NCBI RefSeq assembly: GCF_004010195.1
Contig: NC_057719.1
Span: 48,267,071 to 48,331,070, forward strand
DNA length: 64,000 nt
Direction of reading: 5' to 3'
Source of the DNA: Chiloscyllium plagiosum
Taxonomy: Eukaryota
Position 1 is the stretch's first letter. Each line of letters starts with the position of its first letter. The notes below the pieces were generated by a model, which saw nothing but the letters and a program-made list of their open reading frames with translations, ran no database searches and was not told the origin of the DNA. A program made the translations under genes and the position numbers. Below, one piece after another: positions 26,713-39,569 of this stretch.

Positions 26713-27640
26713 GTTTTGAAGATTTGGAGCTCAAGTTGAGGTTCTGGATGTAGGTTTGCTCGTTGAGCTGGAAGGTTCATTCCCAGATGTTTTGTCACCC
26801 TACTAGGTAACATCTTCAGTTAGCAATCATCCCAACGTCCACAAACGAAGCTGCATCAGAACATTATTTCAATAAGCCAATACACACTGCAGCACAGAGG
26901 AACTACGCAGAGCAGAGGAAAATCATCTATACCGTGTATTCAAAAAGAATGGGCACCCAATGAACACAGTCTGCCGATTTCTCAACAACAAACCCAAACA
27001 AGCAGACAAAACACATCCATAAACCCTAGCCACTCTCCCCTACATCAAAGACATCTCGGAAATGACTGCCAGACTGCTCAGACCCTTTGACATTATGGTA
27101 GCCCACAAGCCCACCAAAACACTAAAACAGCAGCTAATGAACTTGAAAGACCCTATACAGACAACAAACAAAACTAATGTCATTTATAAAATACCGTGCA
27201 AGAACTGTAACAAACTCTACATTGGACAAACAGGCAGGAAGCTAGCCACCAGGATACATGAACATCAACTAGCCACAAAATGACATGACCCTCTCTTACT
27301 AGTATCCTTACATACAGATAAAGAAGGACACCACTTCGACTGGGACAACACATCCTAGGACAAGCCAAACAGAGACATGCACGAGAATTCCTAGAAGCAT
27401 GGCATTCCAACCACAACTGTAACAACAAACAAATCAAGTTAGTCCCCATGTACCACCCCCTGAGAAAAAGAACCGGAAATGGCATCACCACAGGAAATGA
27501 CATCACCAACCCAACTATATAAATAGAAAGCAGGAATTATCAGCAATGCTTCACCCAGAGGCCAACCGAAGATGTTACCTAATAGGGTGACGAAACATCT
27601 GGAAATGAACCTTTCAGCTCAGCAAGCAAACCTACATCCA
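26713..27640 (+). mobile_element. 5'-truncated Penelope-like element with inverted pLTR
   Basis: GIY-YIG motif NVIYKIPCKNCNKLYIGQTGRKLATRIHEH. Inverted terminal copy at 26713-26820. 12-bp TSD gttccccttgaa (26701-26712) / gttcctcttgaa (27641-27652). Degenerate hammerheads at about 27565-27602 (+) and about 26783-26820 (-). Confidence 0.92.
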
Positions 27641-27754
27641 GTTCCTCTTGAACTTGCGTTGTATCATCAATGTTGAATCCACTCTTACAATTTGTTTGCC
27701 AGGTTGTGTTCCTTTATGAAAAACTTCAGTTAAAATAAAAATCAATGAGATCAA

Positions 27755-27910
27755 GCTTTCCTTTGTTGATATTCGCTGTCTGTGGTGCTTATAATAATGA
27801 CTTAATTATCTTATAATTTTAATAAACATTCCTGTTTATTTTCATGGTTTTTCCAAACAAATCTGGTTTTTGCAATCTAATAAATTCTTAATGCCTTAAG
27901 CATAGTTCCG
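27755..27910 (+). repeat. about 155-bp dispersed duplication, copy 1 (copy 2 at about 30288-30442)
   Basis: agctttcctttgttgatattcgctgtctgtggtgctt...gcatagttcc versus agctttcctttattgatatctgctgtctgtggtgctt...gcacagttcc. Confidence 0.9.
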
Positions 27911-30900
27911 CATTCTTTATCTCATCATTTCTGTCTTCTTACAAACTTTGCTGATTTTGTTGACTGTGTTTTCTTAAATGATCATGGGAATAGAAAGTAT
28001 TTCTGCTAACTCCATGTGGATTCAGATCTCTATCTTGTTGACTGTGTGAAAGAATGTTCTTATGTCAACATTGTTAATTTCAATAGATTTTATCTTCTTT
28101 TTGGATTCTGCCATGATCTAGGAAGCCCAGTGAAATCTTTTACCAGTTCTTCCTTGCCCAGTTTTTCAACAGCTGTTTCTTAAAAATTAATATTTTCTTG
28201 ACCTGTGGTTCCATATCTAGCCACTCCTTGATCAGTAGTTGCCTAATTGGTGTATTTTTGAGCAGGCTTGGGATACCTCGTTGTCTTCTGACCATAATTG
28301 TTGATTGTTACTAGTTTAGTTCCTTTTGCTACTTAAGTAAGGTTGAGGTCAAGACACACATTCATGCTGAAGTATAGAATTTTTGACTATGAATGTATAA
28401 ATATTTATGCTTCTCAATACCCCCCCTTACACTCACACACCAATTAAAGAAAAAGCTTTCTCTGCAAAAATTAATTTTGAGAAACAAACATTTTGACCTT
28501 TCTTCATGCAAGGTAAAAAGGATAAAGTATGAAAAGTTCAATGTTGCTTTTATTCAGTGTTCTGCATAACTAAACACAGGACATTGTCAGTGGGATCTTC
28601 AAGCATAGTAGGCTCCAAGATGCCAACAAATGTTCTAAAGAAATTCTCAGAAGTGGCAAGAGTTCGGCTCAGAGTTTTATCTCTTTATCAGCTACACTCC
28701 TTTTGAATTTACAACAATATGTCAATAGTCACAGCTTTTGATTGCCATAAATCTAAGCCTGTGATTTCCACGAAATACAACAGCAACAAACTTTGGCTGT
28801 TTCCATAGCTTAAATCATGGGATTTCCATTAAGTGATTTGAAGAAGGTGTCCCACTGACCTTTTCAAATGAATCACTATGTTCAGTCATTCAATCTGAAT
28901 GCTCAGAAAAATGCAGTGTCTTCGTAACTGCTGCTCTGTAACTGTCATATTTCTGATTATCTTCTATAATTTACCTATTGTTTTGCAAATGCAGCCTATT
29001 TAAAGAGCTGGACAATGCTTGTGGCTATGAAACTTTCTTGTTCCATAGTGCTGACAATGCATTTTAATATCTGCTGGCTGTCCTACTCTTTGTGTTGACT
29101 TGTCACATGTGTCTTTCGTTTCTTTGTACTTTATCATAGGAGATCTGCAGTGTACAATTTATAATGTAGATCTTCTCAGTTTAGGATCATTTTGTTGTTA
29201 CTTTCAGACTTCTACTTTGGCAATTTCATGAATTTGATTGGAAGTTCCATAGTTACACCCACTAATCTGTGGAGATCATTCAAATCTGTGCCAAATTGTC
29301 TGGATTTCCTTGGATTTTGAACTTTTCTGTTACATCTTGTTTCAAGGATTGTATTTGTTTTGAGATTGAAGAAATTGTTAAAAGCCTGTAGATCAAAAAT
29401 ATCTGTGTCTTTCTTATGTCTTGATGAGCTGTAATATCAGCTCAATTATCTCATAGTCTGAATTGAATACATAACTGTGTTTAATTCTTCAGTTTTCAAC
29501 TGCTTCTATGGTTTGAATGCATTCTGTATCTTAAGCACAATTTTCGCCAAAATGTCTGAATGTGTGTTCTATTTGGCACACCTCAGAAATTAAATCTTTC
29601 TGGCAGTATTATTTCTCCTGCTGTTTCTGTCTAATGTGATTACTTATTCTTCTTACTTCAAAAGTTTTCTATTCAGAATGTTGCAATGCTGCTTTACTCT
29701 TCTTGTTAATAGTTAATGGTTAATAGTCCTTTAGTGTGTGAATATTGCTGTATCCTGTTTGCCTGAAAAATCTAAATCTGTTGTAAGCTAATGGTGTTTA
29801 TTTTCCTTGTGTTGAAGGCTTTAAATTGTGCAATACAGTAATGCTGCTTCCCTATACTTTGTACAGGGTGATTTTATAGATTCATAGAGACCATTCATCC
29901 CATTGTGTCAATCTGGCTCTAAAAAGAGCTACCCAGCTAGTCCCATTCTCCAAGCCCTTCTCCAAAACCCTGTAAATTCATCATTTTTAAATATATGCCC
30001 AGCTCTCTTTTGAAACTTCCACTTCAACCACTCTAATGCATTTGAAATCTTAATAACTGTCTGAGTAGCGACGTTTCTCCTCATTTCACTTGTAGTTCTC
30101 TTTTCCTTAACTTTTGCAGCCATAATAGAAATTTCTCACCTCTGAGGCCAAAATGAGTTTCCTGCCTTTTAATGAGTATACTGGATGAATTAATACCTTT
30201 CACAGTGTAATAAATAGTTCTCATCCTTTTCTCCAATTTTACCAAATGATTCTTGCAGGATTAAAAAATAATCCTGTTTGCTTAATAGCTTTCCTTTATT
30301 GATATCTGCTGTCTGTGGTGCTTCGAATAATGTCTCAATTACCTTATAATTTTAATAAACTTCCTGTTTCTTTTCATGGCTTCTCCAAACAAATCTGGAT
30401 TTTGCAATCTAATAAATTTTTAATGTCTTAAGCACAGTTCCAATTACGGATTTTCCACTTTTATTGTATCTTCAATAGTTTCTTTACTTTGTTCTATTAG
30501 ACTCTGTCAGCCTGGAGTTCTAAATTGCACCTTTATCCCATTAATTCTGGCTTTGTGATGTTCTTGGTGCTGTAACCTTGATTTAAGTTACTTCTATGGC
30601 TCTTGATTTCCGTACCATAGTTGTGCCTCATGGTTTCTGCCTGCGATGGTGGCAGTGCATGCTCTGAGCTCTAGGTGCTTCTTCTTTTTTACATCTAGCC
30701 TTTTCAGCTGTAAAGGTTTACCCTTGCAGACCAGAAATTTTAACTTTACTTACAGAGCCACCAATGTGCTTGACCTCTGTGTCTGATCTTCTAATCAGGG
30801 CTGCTCCTAAAGTGCACTTGAGTACCATTGAAATCTGTAACTTACGGGTGTAACTAACGTGCCAGCTCCATTTAGTTTCTCGATAATTTTTGCTTCTGTG

Positions 30901-31254
30901 GTTCCCTAACCAGATCTGAAGTGCATTTTATTTTGATTGTAGATTCTGCCTCCTGCTGCTGACTGTCAACCTGAGTCACCTTTAAATCTGTAACTGGAAA
31001 TTTCTTCGGATTCATTGGAATTCACTCTGTATAATTAAATTACCATGTTATATCAGCATATGATGCCAACCATTGGCAATATGGTTGGATAAGTAGTTGA
31101 CTCAATCCCTTTTTCTGACTAGGGTCTGCATGGTTGAGAAGAGGCTTTTGTCTTAAACAAGGTTTAGTTTATTGCTTGGTAGCAATCAGGTACAAGTTAC
31201 ATTATTGTATTAGACATTGTTATTTAGATTATTAGGAGACCTAGGATGAAAGAT

Positions 31255-31622
31255 CACCCTACAGTGTGGAGGTAGACCATTCAGCCCATTGAGTCCACAT
31301 CCCCCCCAACCAAAGAGCATTCCTCTCAGATCCACCCACATACCCTATCCCTGTAACTCTGCATTTCCCATGGCTAATCCACCTAGCTGCCTACTCCACC
31401 TAGCCTGCATATCCCTGGACACTATGGGCAACTTAGCATGGCCAATCTACCTAATCTGCACATTTTTGGATTGTGGGAGGAAACTGGAGCACCCAGACAT
31501 AACCAACGCAAACACAGGGAGAATGTGCAAACTCTTCTCAGACAGGTGTCTGAGAGTGGAATCAAATCTGGGTTCCTGGGGCTGTGAAGCAGCAGTGCTA
31601 ACCTCATGCTGACATGCTGCCC
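31255..31622 (-). mobile_element. HE1-type SINE
   Basis: Colinear with the 11362-11715 and 62555-62850 copies. Confidence 0.85.
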
Positions 31623-32329
31623 TCTTCCAGATCCTAAGGTGTTCTGTCTTTCCCTGCCCAAGTCCTTCTGCCATCCTTTCAGAACCAATACCTTATAAAC
31701 AATACATTATTGAGGTGTGAAAAGATTTCTTAAAATTTGTGAACCTTTGGAATTCTGTAGCCCAATGGACTACAAATCTGTCGCTGTGTTATATATAAGG
31801 CTGAGATTGTTATGTTTTTGAACACTAAGGGGATTGGGCAGGAAAGTGGAGTTGAGTTTAAAGATTTGCCATGACTTTTAGCAGAGCAGGAATTGCCAGT
31901 GATTATTGTTCAAACTGTTATCGGTGTTGTGACTGTTTATGGTTGAATATTTGCATAAACTGGAAGATGTGGTGAGTTGTTTGCGTCATTGTTGTATGTA
32001 AGAGTGAAGTGTGATATATGAATGTTAGATATCTGCCTTGTTTGATAGAGATTTTGCTGATAGGTGGGTGTTGGAGGGTAGAGAGTTGAAAATTGTCTGA
32101 GGCTACTGAAGTAATTGATTGGATATTGTACTTGAAAACATATCCACTGAACTTGTCCATTCATTTGGGATTGTTGAAAGTCTCATAGCATTGCATTCAG
32201 ATCTTTGGCTGGATTTCCGGTATCAAGCTCCATGATTTGTCTGTTCCCACTGCATTTTTTACACGTCAGGAGGGACTCTGACCATTTGTTGATGCAAGTT
32301 ATTTTCTGCCTCTTCTATTAATGTGGCTG

Positions 32330-33745
32330 GAGAATTGGTTGACTAAGAGTAAACAGAGGGTTGGGATATAGGGGCGCATTTTCAGGATGAATAAGGTGTG
32401 GCGCTGGAAAAGCACAGCAGATCAGGCAGCATCCGAGGAGCAGGAGAGTCGACAGTTCAGGCATAAGCCCTTCATCAGGAATGTGGGGGAAAGGGGGTTG
32501 AGAGATAAATAGGAGGGTGGGGGTCAGGCTTGGAGGAAAGATAGCTGGGAAGGCAATAGGTGGATGCAGGTGGTGGGTGATTGTGATAGGTAGGTGGGGA
32601 AGGTGGAACAGATAGGTGGGAAGGAAGATGAACAGGTGGGACAAGTAAAGAAGGTGATAACGAGTTGGAGGGTTGGACCTGGGATGAGGTGAAGGGAGGG
32701 GAGGTCTGCATTCCTCACTTTCTCTCAGGCATTTTCAGGATGGCAACGAATAACTATGGAGTTCCACAGGGATCAGTGCTAGAGCCACAGTTATTTACAA
32801 AATACTTTAAAGCCTCGATGAGGAAAGTGAATGCACTATAGTCAAGTTTGTGGATTACGCAAAAGTAGGTGGAAAGGCAGGTGAGGGTGACACAAAGAAT
32901 CTGCAGAGTGGTATTAGCAGGTTCAGCACATGAGCATAACTTGACAGAAAAATATGCAATGTGGAAAAATGGGAGGCAATGCAAAAGAAAATGCAGGAGC
33001 TAAACATTATTTAAGTGGAGAAAGAATGAAGAAATCTACAGCACCCAGGGATTTAGGCATTCTCAGGCATAAATCACAAAATATTAGCATCCAGTAAAAT
33101 CTATAAGTTCAGCAGGTAATAAGAAAGAAAAGTAGAATGTTAGTCTTTACTTCAAAGAGAATGGAGAATAGGGAAACCTTGTTAAAATAATACAAGGCAT
33201 TAGATCTGGAATACTGTGAAAAGTTTTGGTTCACTTAGCTCAGAAAAGAGATTCTGACATGGGAGGCAGTTCAGAGAAGGTTCACTAGGTTGATCCCTGG
33301 TATGGAGGCATTGTCTTATGAGGAGAGGTTAAATCAATAGGATCTATACTCATTGGAGTTTAAAAGAATGGGAGGTGATTTGTTGAAACATGCAGGATTC
33401 TTAGGGGACTTGGTCGGGTAGATGCAGAGAAGTTGATTTGCCTTGTGAGAGAATTGAGGAACAGAGAGAATATCTTGAGGTAAGGGGTACCCCAGTGAAA
33501 ACAGAGACAAGGAGGATTTTCTTCTCTCAGAGGGTAATGAATCTATGGAATTTGTCTACAGAAGGCTAAAGTAACTGGGATGTTAAGTACATTCATGGTG
33601 AGATAGACATTTTTAATAAGTAAGGTGTTCAAAGATTATCAGGAAAAGGTATCTAAGTGGATTTGGAGTATCAGGTTGGCCATGATCTCAATAAATGGCA
33701 AGACAGACTCAATGGGCTGAATGGCTTACTGCTGTCTTATGGTCT
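32330..33745 (+). mobile_element. CR1 LINE ORF2/3' fragment, decayed
   Basis: [16 protein letters not shown] ggagttccacagggatcagtgcta and downstream CR1 3' end. Interrupted by a family A insertion. Confidence 0.8.
32390..32728 (-). mobile_element. family A PLE 3' end with pyrimidine-rich UTR and hammerhead remnant
   Basis: 14-bp TSD gcattttcaggatg at 32376-32389 and 32729-32742. Minus strand reads ...attcctgatgaagggcttatgcctgaactgtcgac. A short terminal piece is inverted. Confidence 0.85.
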
Positions 33746-33746
33746 C

Positions 33747-33945
33747 TTAGTGGTAAATGGTTATGTCACTAGATTTGTAATCCAGAGTCTCAGATGAAAG
33801 TTCTGGGAAAATGTATTCAAATTCCACCATCTGCTCTGGTGAAATTTGAATATTCAATAAAAAAAAACTGGAATTAAAAGCTCGTCTAATTGTGACCATA
33901 TAACCATTGCTGATTGTTGTAAAACAGAAATCATCTAGTTCACTC
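33747..33945 (+). mobile_element. SacSINE1/DeuSINE-like SINE, 5' part
   Basis: Colinear with the head of the 37603-37957 copy. Confidence 0.6.
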
Positions 33946-33947
33946 AC

Positions 33948-34021
33948 ATCTCTGGAGTGAAATTAGTTGGGACATTTGGCTGTTAACCAAAAGGTCGAAG
34001 GTTCAAGACCATCCAGAAACA
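33948..34021 (+). pseudogene. tRNA-Asn(GTT)-like pseudogene or SINE head
   Basis: atctctggagtgaaattagttgggacatttggctgttaaccaaaaggtcgaaggttcaagaccatccagaaac aligns by eye to vertebrate tRNA-Asn (TTCGGCTGTTAACCGAAAGGT..GGTTCGA). Anticodon GTT at 33982-33984. The D arm and acceptor stem are degraded. Confidence 0.75.
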
Positions 34022-34079
34022 AAGCCTTGGCTATTATGGAGGTCAGTAACCTCAGTTAGCTCGATGACTGGCTTACAGT

Positions 34080-35215
34080 CATACAACATAGAAACAGGCT
34101 CCACAACCCAACGCTGACGAGGTTTTCTAAACTGAACTGGTTCCATTTGCCTGTGTTTGGACTATATCAATCTACACCTTTCCTATTCATGTACCTGTCC
34201 AAATGTGTTTTAAATGTTGCAATTGTACCCGCTTCCATCTGGCAGCCCATTCCAAATACACACCACCCTCTGTATGAAAATGTTGTCCCTCAGGTCCCTT
34301 TCAAATCTTTCCCTTCTCAACTTAAATTGATGCCCTCTAGATTAGATTATATTGTATTAGATTCCCTACACTGTGGAAACAGGCCCTTCAGCCCAACAAG
34401 TCCACACTGACCACAAGTCCACCTCCTTCATCACCCTGTCTACCTGTGATGCCACTTTGACGGAACTATGTACCTGCAACCCTGAGTCTTTCTGTTTGAC
34501 AGTACTCCCCATGGCCTTTTCATTAACTGTGTAAGCCTTGCCCTGGTTTCTCTTACCAAAATGAAAACATAGCATTTATCTAAATTAAACTTCACCTGCC
34601 TTTCCTCGGCTACTGGCCAAATTGATCAAGATCTCATTATACTCTTAGATAATCTTCTTCATTGTCCACTATACCACCAATTTTGGTGTCATCCGCATAC
34701 CTACTAATCATGCCTCCTATATTCAAATTGTTTATATGAATGACAAACATCAGTGGACCCAGCACCGATCCTTGTGGTACACCCTGGTCACTGGCCTCTA
34801 GTCTAAAAAACTAACCTTCACCACCCCTGTCTTTTACTGTCAAGCCAGTTTTGTATCTAGTTGGCTAGCTCTCCTTGGATACTAAGTGATCTAACCTTAC
34901 TTGACCAGTCTTCGTTGAGGAACCTTGTTGAACGCCTTGCTAAAGTCCATGTAGACTACGTCTATTGCCTTGTTTTCATCTATTTTCTTAGTCAAAAATC
35001 TCAATCACATTTGTGAGACACAACTTCCCTTTCTTAAAGCCATTCTGACTATCTCTAATTAGTCCTTGCCTTTCCAAATGCATGTAGATCCTGTCTCAGA
35101 GTCCCCTCCAACAACTTACCCACCACTGATATTAGGCACACCAGTTCACTGGCCTTTCCTTGCAACATTTCTTAAATAATGGCACAATATTAGCCACCCT
35201 CCAGTCTTCCAATAG
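34080..35215 (-). mobile_element. CR1 LINE fragment with a nested SINE-tail piece
   Basis: CFHFGKRN...VHSSVKVASQVDRV on the minus strand, plus GVPQGSV-encoding sequence near 34770. Confidence 0.8.
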
Positions 35216-35685
35216 ATCATCCTATGCTCACTGTTAGAATTTCAAATATTGTTTCAGCTGTCATGCCTGGGGCCATTTTTGTTGAAGGGTCTCAATTCCT
35301 TAAACCTCCTGATGATGAGATGCAGGTAGGTTTTCAGTAAGAAGTTCAGAATAATTATGTGAAAATGCAGTAATGTAATTACTCATAGACTACTGCAATT
35401 TTGTCTCCTTAGAATCTCTTTTTAGTCTTTGAAATATCCACAGTAACTCAAGGAAGAATACTGAAGCTTTAAGAGTGGTACAGTATACGAACAATCAACT
35501 AGATATTGATACAGACTTGAAAAATTGAAACTTTTCCATTAGACCAAGAAGTGTGCAAAATAATATGTTTAAGATTATGGATGTATTGGACAATGTGGTT
35601 AAAAGCAATCTTTTTAGCAGTTGATGGTGTATGAGAAGACATAGATACAAGGTTAAGATTTAGCTGAAGCACAATAAAAAGTTAT

Positions 35686-35880
35686 GATTTGGAGATGCCG
35701 GTGTTGGACTGGGGTGTACAAAGTTAAAAATCACACAACACCAGGTTATAGTCCAACAGGTTTAATTGGAAGCGCTAGCTTTCGGAGCTATCACCTGATG
35801 AAGGAGCGTCGCTCCGAAAGCTAGTATGCTTCCAATTAAACCTGTTGGACTATAGCCTGGTGTTGTGTGATATTTAACTA
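35686..35880. mobile_element. palindromic family B PLE-derived element
   Basis: 13-bp TSD aataaaaagttat at 35673-35685 and 35881-35893. Inverted arms agttaaaaatcacacaacaccagg...gctagctttcggagc / gctccgaaagctag...cctggtgttgtgtgatatttaact. Confidence 0.92.
35792..35826 (+). ncRNA. minimal type I hammerhead ribozyme motif (family B)
   Basis: cac CUGAUGA (35795-35801) a GGAGC-guc-GCUCC GAAA GC UA gua. The core is intact and stem I has one mismatch. Confidence 0.75.
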
Positions 35881-37108
35881 AATAAAAAGTTATTTACACA
35901 AAGAGGTGTGGTGCTGAGGAATTTATTCACAGGATTAGTGGCTGAGGCAGAAACTGTATCAACATTCATGACTAAATTGGATAAGTAGTTGAAGGAAAAG
36001 GGAGATAAAAGAACAGGATTGGTAAATACAATCACAACTGTTTTCTATGTGCAGGGTAGATGCTGACATCGACTGGTTTGGCAAAGAAGCATGCTTCTAT
36101 GCTATAATTTCGGTATTTTTCCATGACCGATGAATTATGCAGAAATCTGTTTTTATTACTGGTCATTTCCATGACTTGTGGAATAATAATGTATAGCAGA
36201 AAACATGTTTGTAAACCTAGCATTGATTAATATTTTGCCAAACCATATGACGGTTTTAGAAAAAGTACACGAATCAGAGTTAGAAGGAAGTAGTTGCTAG
36301 ATCTAAGAATTTACATTGTTTCAGAATTTTTAATACCAACCTTTGGTTATTTCAGATTTCTCAATTGTTTAAACTTTATAGTTTAGAAAATTAATAAACT
36401 AAAAGATCCTTATTTAAATGTGGGTTATAGGTGAACCACTGATTTTCTGATCCTCAAGTTTGACCCTTGCCCCTGCATCATGTAATGAAAAAATAAATAC
36501 AGGTATATTATTTGGCTTTTATAAACTGATGTTTGGAGACACTAGAATTGTGTAACAAAGCACGTTTTTTAAAATGGAAAGTACATACGTATATGTAAAT
36601 TTGAAGTGTGTATACTGTGTAGTGTAGTTAAATATAAATTCAAAATTGTGCAATAAATAAATGGCATTGACTGAAAATGTATACTATACATGTATAGTAT
36701 ACATAGTAAGACAGCTCTGTCGATTTCAGTAAGCTAGTATTTAGGAAATTTTGTATGGTAATAATTTTGAGCAGATTACCAATGCACGATTACATACTCT
36801 TTTAGTCCTTTAACAGCTCAAAGCGTGCACAATTTAAATATGAAACACTAGCATTATGATTCATTTGGGAAAATGTAAACCAAAATAACCCAGTTTACCA
36901 AATAAGCTCCAAACAAGAAATTACCAAGGAGATTTCACTTTTTATATCTTTTTACTTTAGTATTTTCCAAAGCAATATAAATAAAATGTAATTGAACTAG
37001 CAAATGATGCTGTGAATAAAATGGTAAATTTCAGTTTAAATAGTAGATAGAACGAAGGTACATCTTACACAACTACAGGCACTTAAAACGCTTCTGGCAT
37101 AAATGTTG

Positions 37109-37159
37109 CACAATGTAGCTACATATTTCCACAATGTCGCTACATATTTCCACAATGTC
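37109..37159 (+). repeat. 21-bp tandem repeat, about 2.4 copies
   Basis: cacaatgtagctacatatttc / cacaatgtcgctacatatttc / cacaatgtc. Confidence 0.9.
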
Positions 37160-37602
37160 CTGTTCTTGAACTGTACAGAGTGGCTCTGCATCCTATCCAA
37201 CAATAGCTTTCACCTTTGAGTTTTGTGGATACGACCGTCATCAGTAAGACTCACTTCTATGAAAATTCTGTCCCTCAGAACATGTAGCTTACCTGTGTTC
37301 CTTTTGAATTGACCAACTAACAATACTCTTCCTCCAAGTTTGGGCATTTCTAGGAAAATAAGAAGCTCCTTAGCATCTCTGAACTATTCACATAGATTTC
37401 CACACCTCAGATCCTTTTGGCCTACTTTTAAGTACCTCTGTAGCTCCTGCATCTATTTTTCTCAAAGAGAGAAATAAGAGAGTGATTTGTTCTTCACACA
37501 AGAAAGAAATGAACATTGGCTTTTTATGGCTAAGTTGAATGGGTGGTAGCAATAACCACAAAACCCTTATTCCTCATTCACCAGCAATTTCACACCTTAA
37601 TG

Positions 37603-37957
37603 GAGGCGATGGTCTCGTGGTATTATTTCTGGACTGTTAGTCTAGAGACTCCAGGTAATGTCCTGGGAACCTGGGTGCAAATCCTGCCATGGCAGATGGT
37701 GAAATGTGAATTCAACAAAAAAAACGTCTGGAGTTAAGAGTCTAATGATGACCACGAATCCATTGTTGATTGTCAAAAAAATCCCATCTCGTTCACTAAT
37801 GTCCTTTAGGGAAAGAAATTGCCATCCTTACGTGGTCTGGTCCACATATGACTCCAGCCTGAAGCAATGTGGTTGACTCTTAACTGCCCTCTCGGATGGG
37901 CAATAAATGCTGACCCAGCTAGTGACACCCTCATCCTGTGAATAAACAAATAAAAAA
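37603..37957 (+). mobile_element. SacSINE1/DeuSINE-like SINE, near full length
   Basis: tRNA-like head, central ttcactaatgtcctttagggaaagaaattgccatccttac block, and a 3' tail gggcaataaatgctg...gtgaataaacaaataaaaaa shared with the LINE copies. Confidence 0.75.
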
Positions 37958-38705
37958 GTCCTGTTTCACTGAGCATCATAGCATAGTGACATACTGTATT
38001 ATGATTCTTTTTACTAACTCACAAGCACTCTATGTTTACTATGCTGTGTTTCCATTTATTCATTCATAAAACTGCATTTCTGTGGTACATTTTACCCTTA
38101 CAAGATAAACTAAATTAAACATACCTTCCTAGGCTGCCAACCCATTACTGTTTCTTTACACCTTTCAATTCTTATTGGCCCCATGCTGCAAGCAGTGTTT
38201 ATACTTGTTTCTGTATCAAATACTACCCTGAATAAGTAATAATACAGTATACCACACAGAACACTTCCAGCCCCGCCATCATGTCTCCATAACGCACTCA
38301 AAACTATGGAAATATAATATTAATTAGCTCTTAGCAACCATTTCTCAGGACCTGAATAGGCTGCAGGACATCAAAATGTTTCCTCCACCAGCATGTCCGT
38401 ATGGTCTACTGCTTTATTATCTCTTTGAAATTTCCTTGTACACCACCTATTTCTATCACACTGTACTACCTATTTCTAACTTTCATTTAGGACTACCATC
38501 TTGTGGTAATGTTTGGATTTATACTTTATAAATACATATTAAATAGGGCTGCTACCACCTTTAAGAAACTCTCTATCAAAGCAGTCCTTCTGTGAAACGT
38601 CACGAATGAATGTGTAGGAACTACTAAAAACTGGCAATAGTAAATGAAATCTCACGACTCAGCTGCAGAAGATCTGTTTAATATCCTCTATGCGTTTATT
38701 TAGTA

Positions 38706-38933
38706 CAGGTCATTTTGCTATGAAGTGCATTTCATCAGCGCAAATTGGTTATAACTTGATTGACGAATTGTGGACATTGTTTGGATAATGCAAACTTTCT
38801 ATTGAATGGGTATAGTGATTTTCTATTAGCGATCTTCAACAGCACGATTTTCTACAGCAGTTTTCCAGAGCACAATTTTCTACAGTGTGAGGTACAGAGG
38901 AACACAACTGTTGCATAATAGCAGAACGAGCTG
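38706..38933 (+). mobile_element. Tigger-derived MITE
   Basis: TA|CAGGTC...GCTG|TA termini. Both ends resemble the ends of the 13259-15526 element. Confidence 0.65.
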
Positions 38934-39569
38934 TACATGCATAATTTCTCACTTGTTTTGATCATATAGGTCTAGTATTTTTACAGACATTAACTTTAAG
39001 ACAAAAGGACTAATACCTTGTAATTATGCAAACTCAGACCAGACAAACATTCTAATCCCATCAGGAGCAACATCCAGCATTTAGCAAGTGCCTAAACTAT
39101 CTTCTGCTTCCCGAGGACAGTTGTCAACGCAAACTTGTGTACAACAGATACAACTATATGACACCATAGTGCTAAAATTTTAATGTATGTAAAAACTGTG
39201 TATTAGAAAAGGCTACTGTAAAACTGTACTTTGGATTCCATTGCTGCCATGAATTATGCCCAATGAAGAGGCTGTTTTAGCCACTCACTGATCTTGGTCG
39301 CTATTTAACATGATCCCACAGCATTAAATTGGCTTCATAGATAAAAACCAAAACCAAATTTATACATAAAATCTTGCCATATTTCAATTAGATAACTATT
39401 AATCATCCTTTTTATTCCATTAGTGCCTGTCCCTTTCCCTGTTCCAATGCATGGATGGTGAAAGACTACTGAATTTTAGTGAAAAATACCCTGGGGGCCT
39501 TGCTGAATTCCTTTTTGTACCTTTAGGCCAGATTTGAAAGCACCATCTCAGCTTAGGTCTGAGCAATTC

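Noticed and set aside
27565..27602. Functional hammerheads at 27565, 54770, 7018, 20460, 32447, 58560 and 4781
   Set aside because: Core substitutions (e.g. CCGAAGA, CTAATGA, CTGATAA, loss of GAAA) or broken stems. Counted only as decayed copies.
37109..37159. CRISPR-like repeat
   Set aside because: It is a simple 21-bp tandem duplication with no spacers in eukaryotic DNA.
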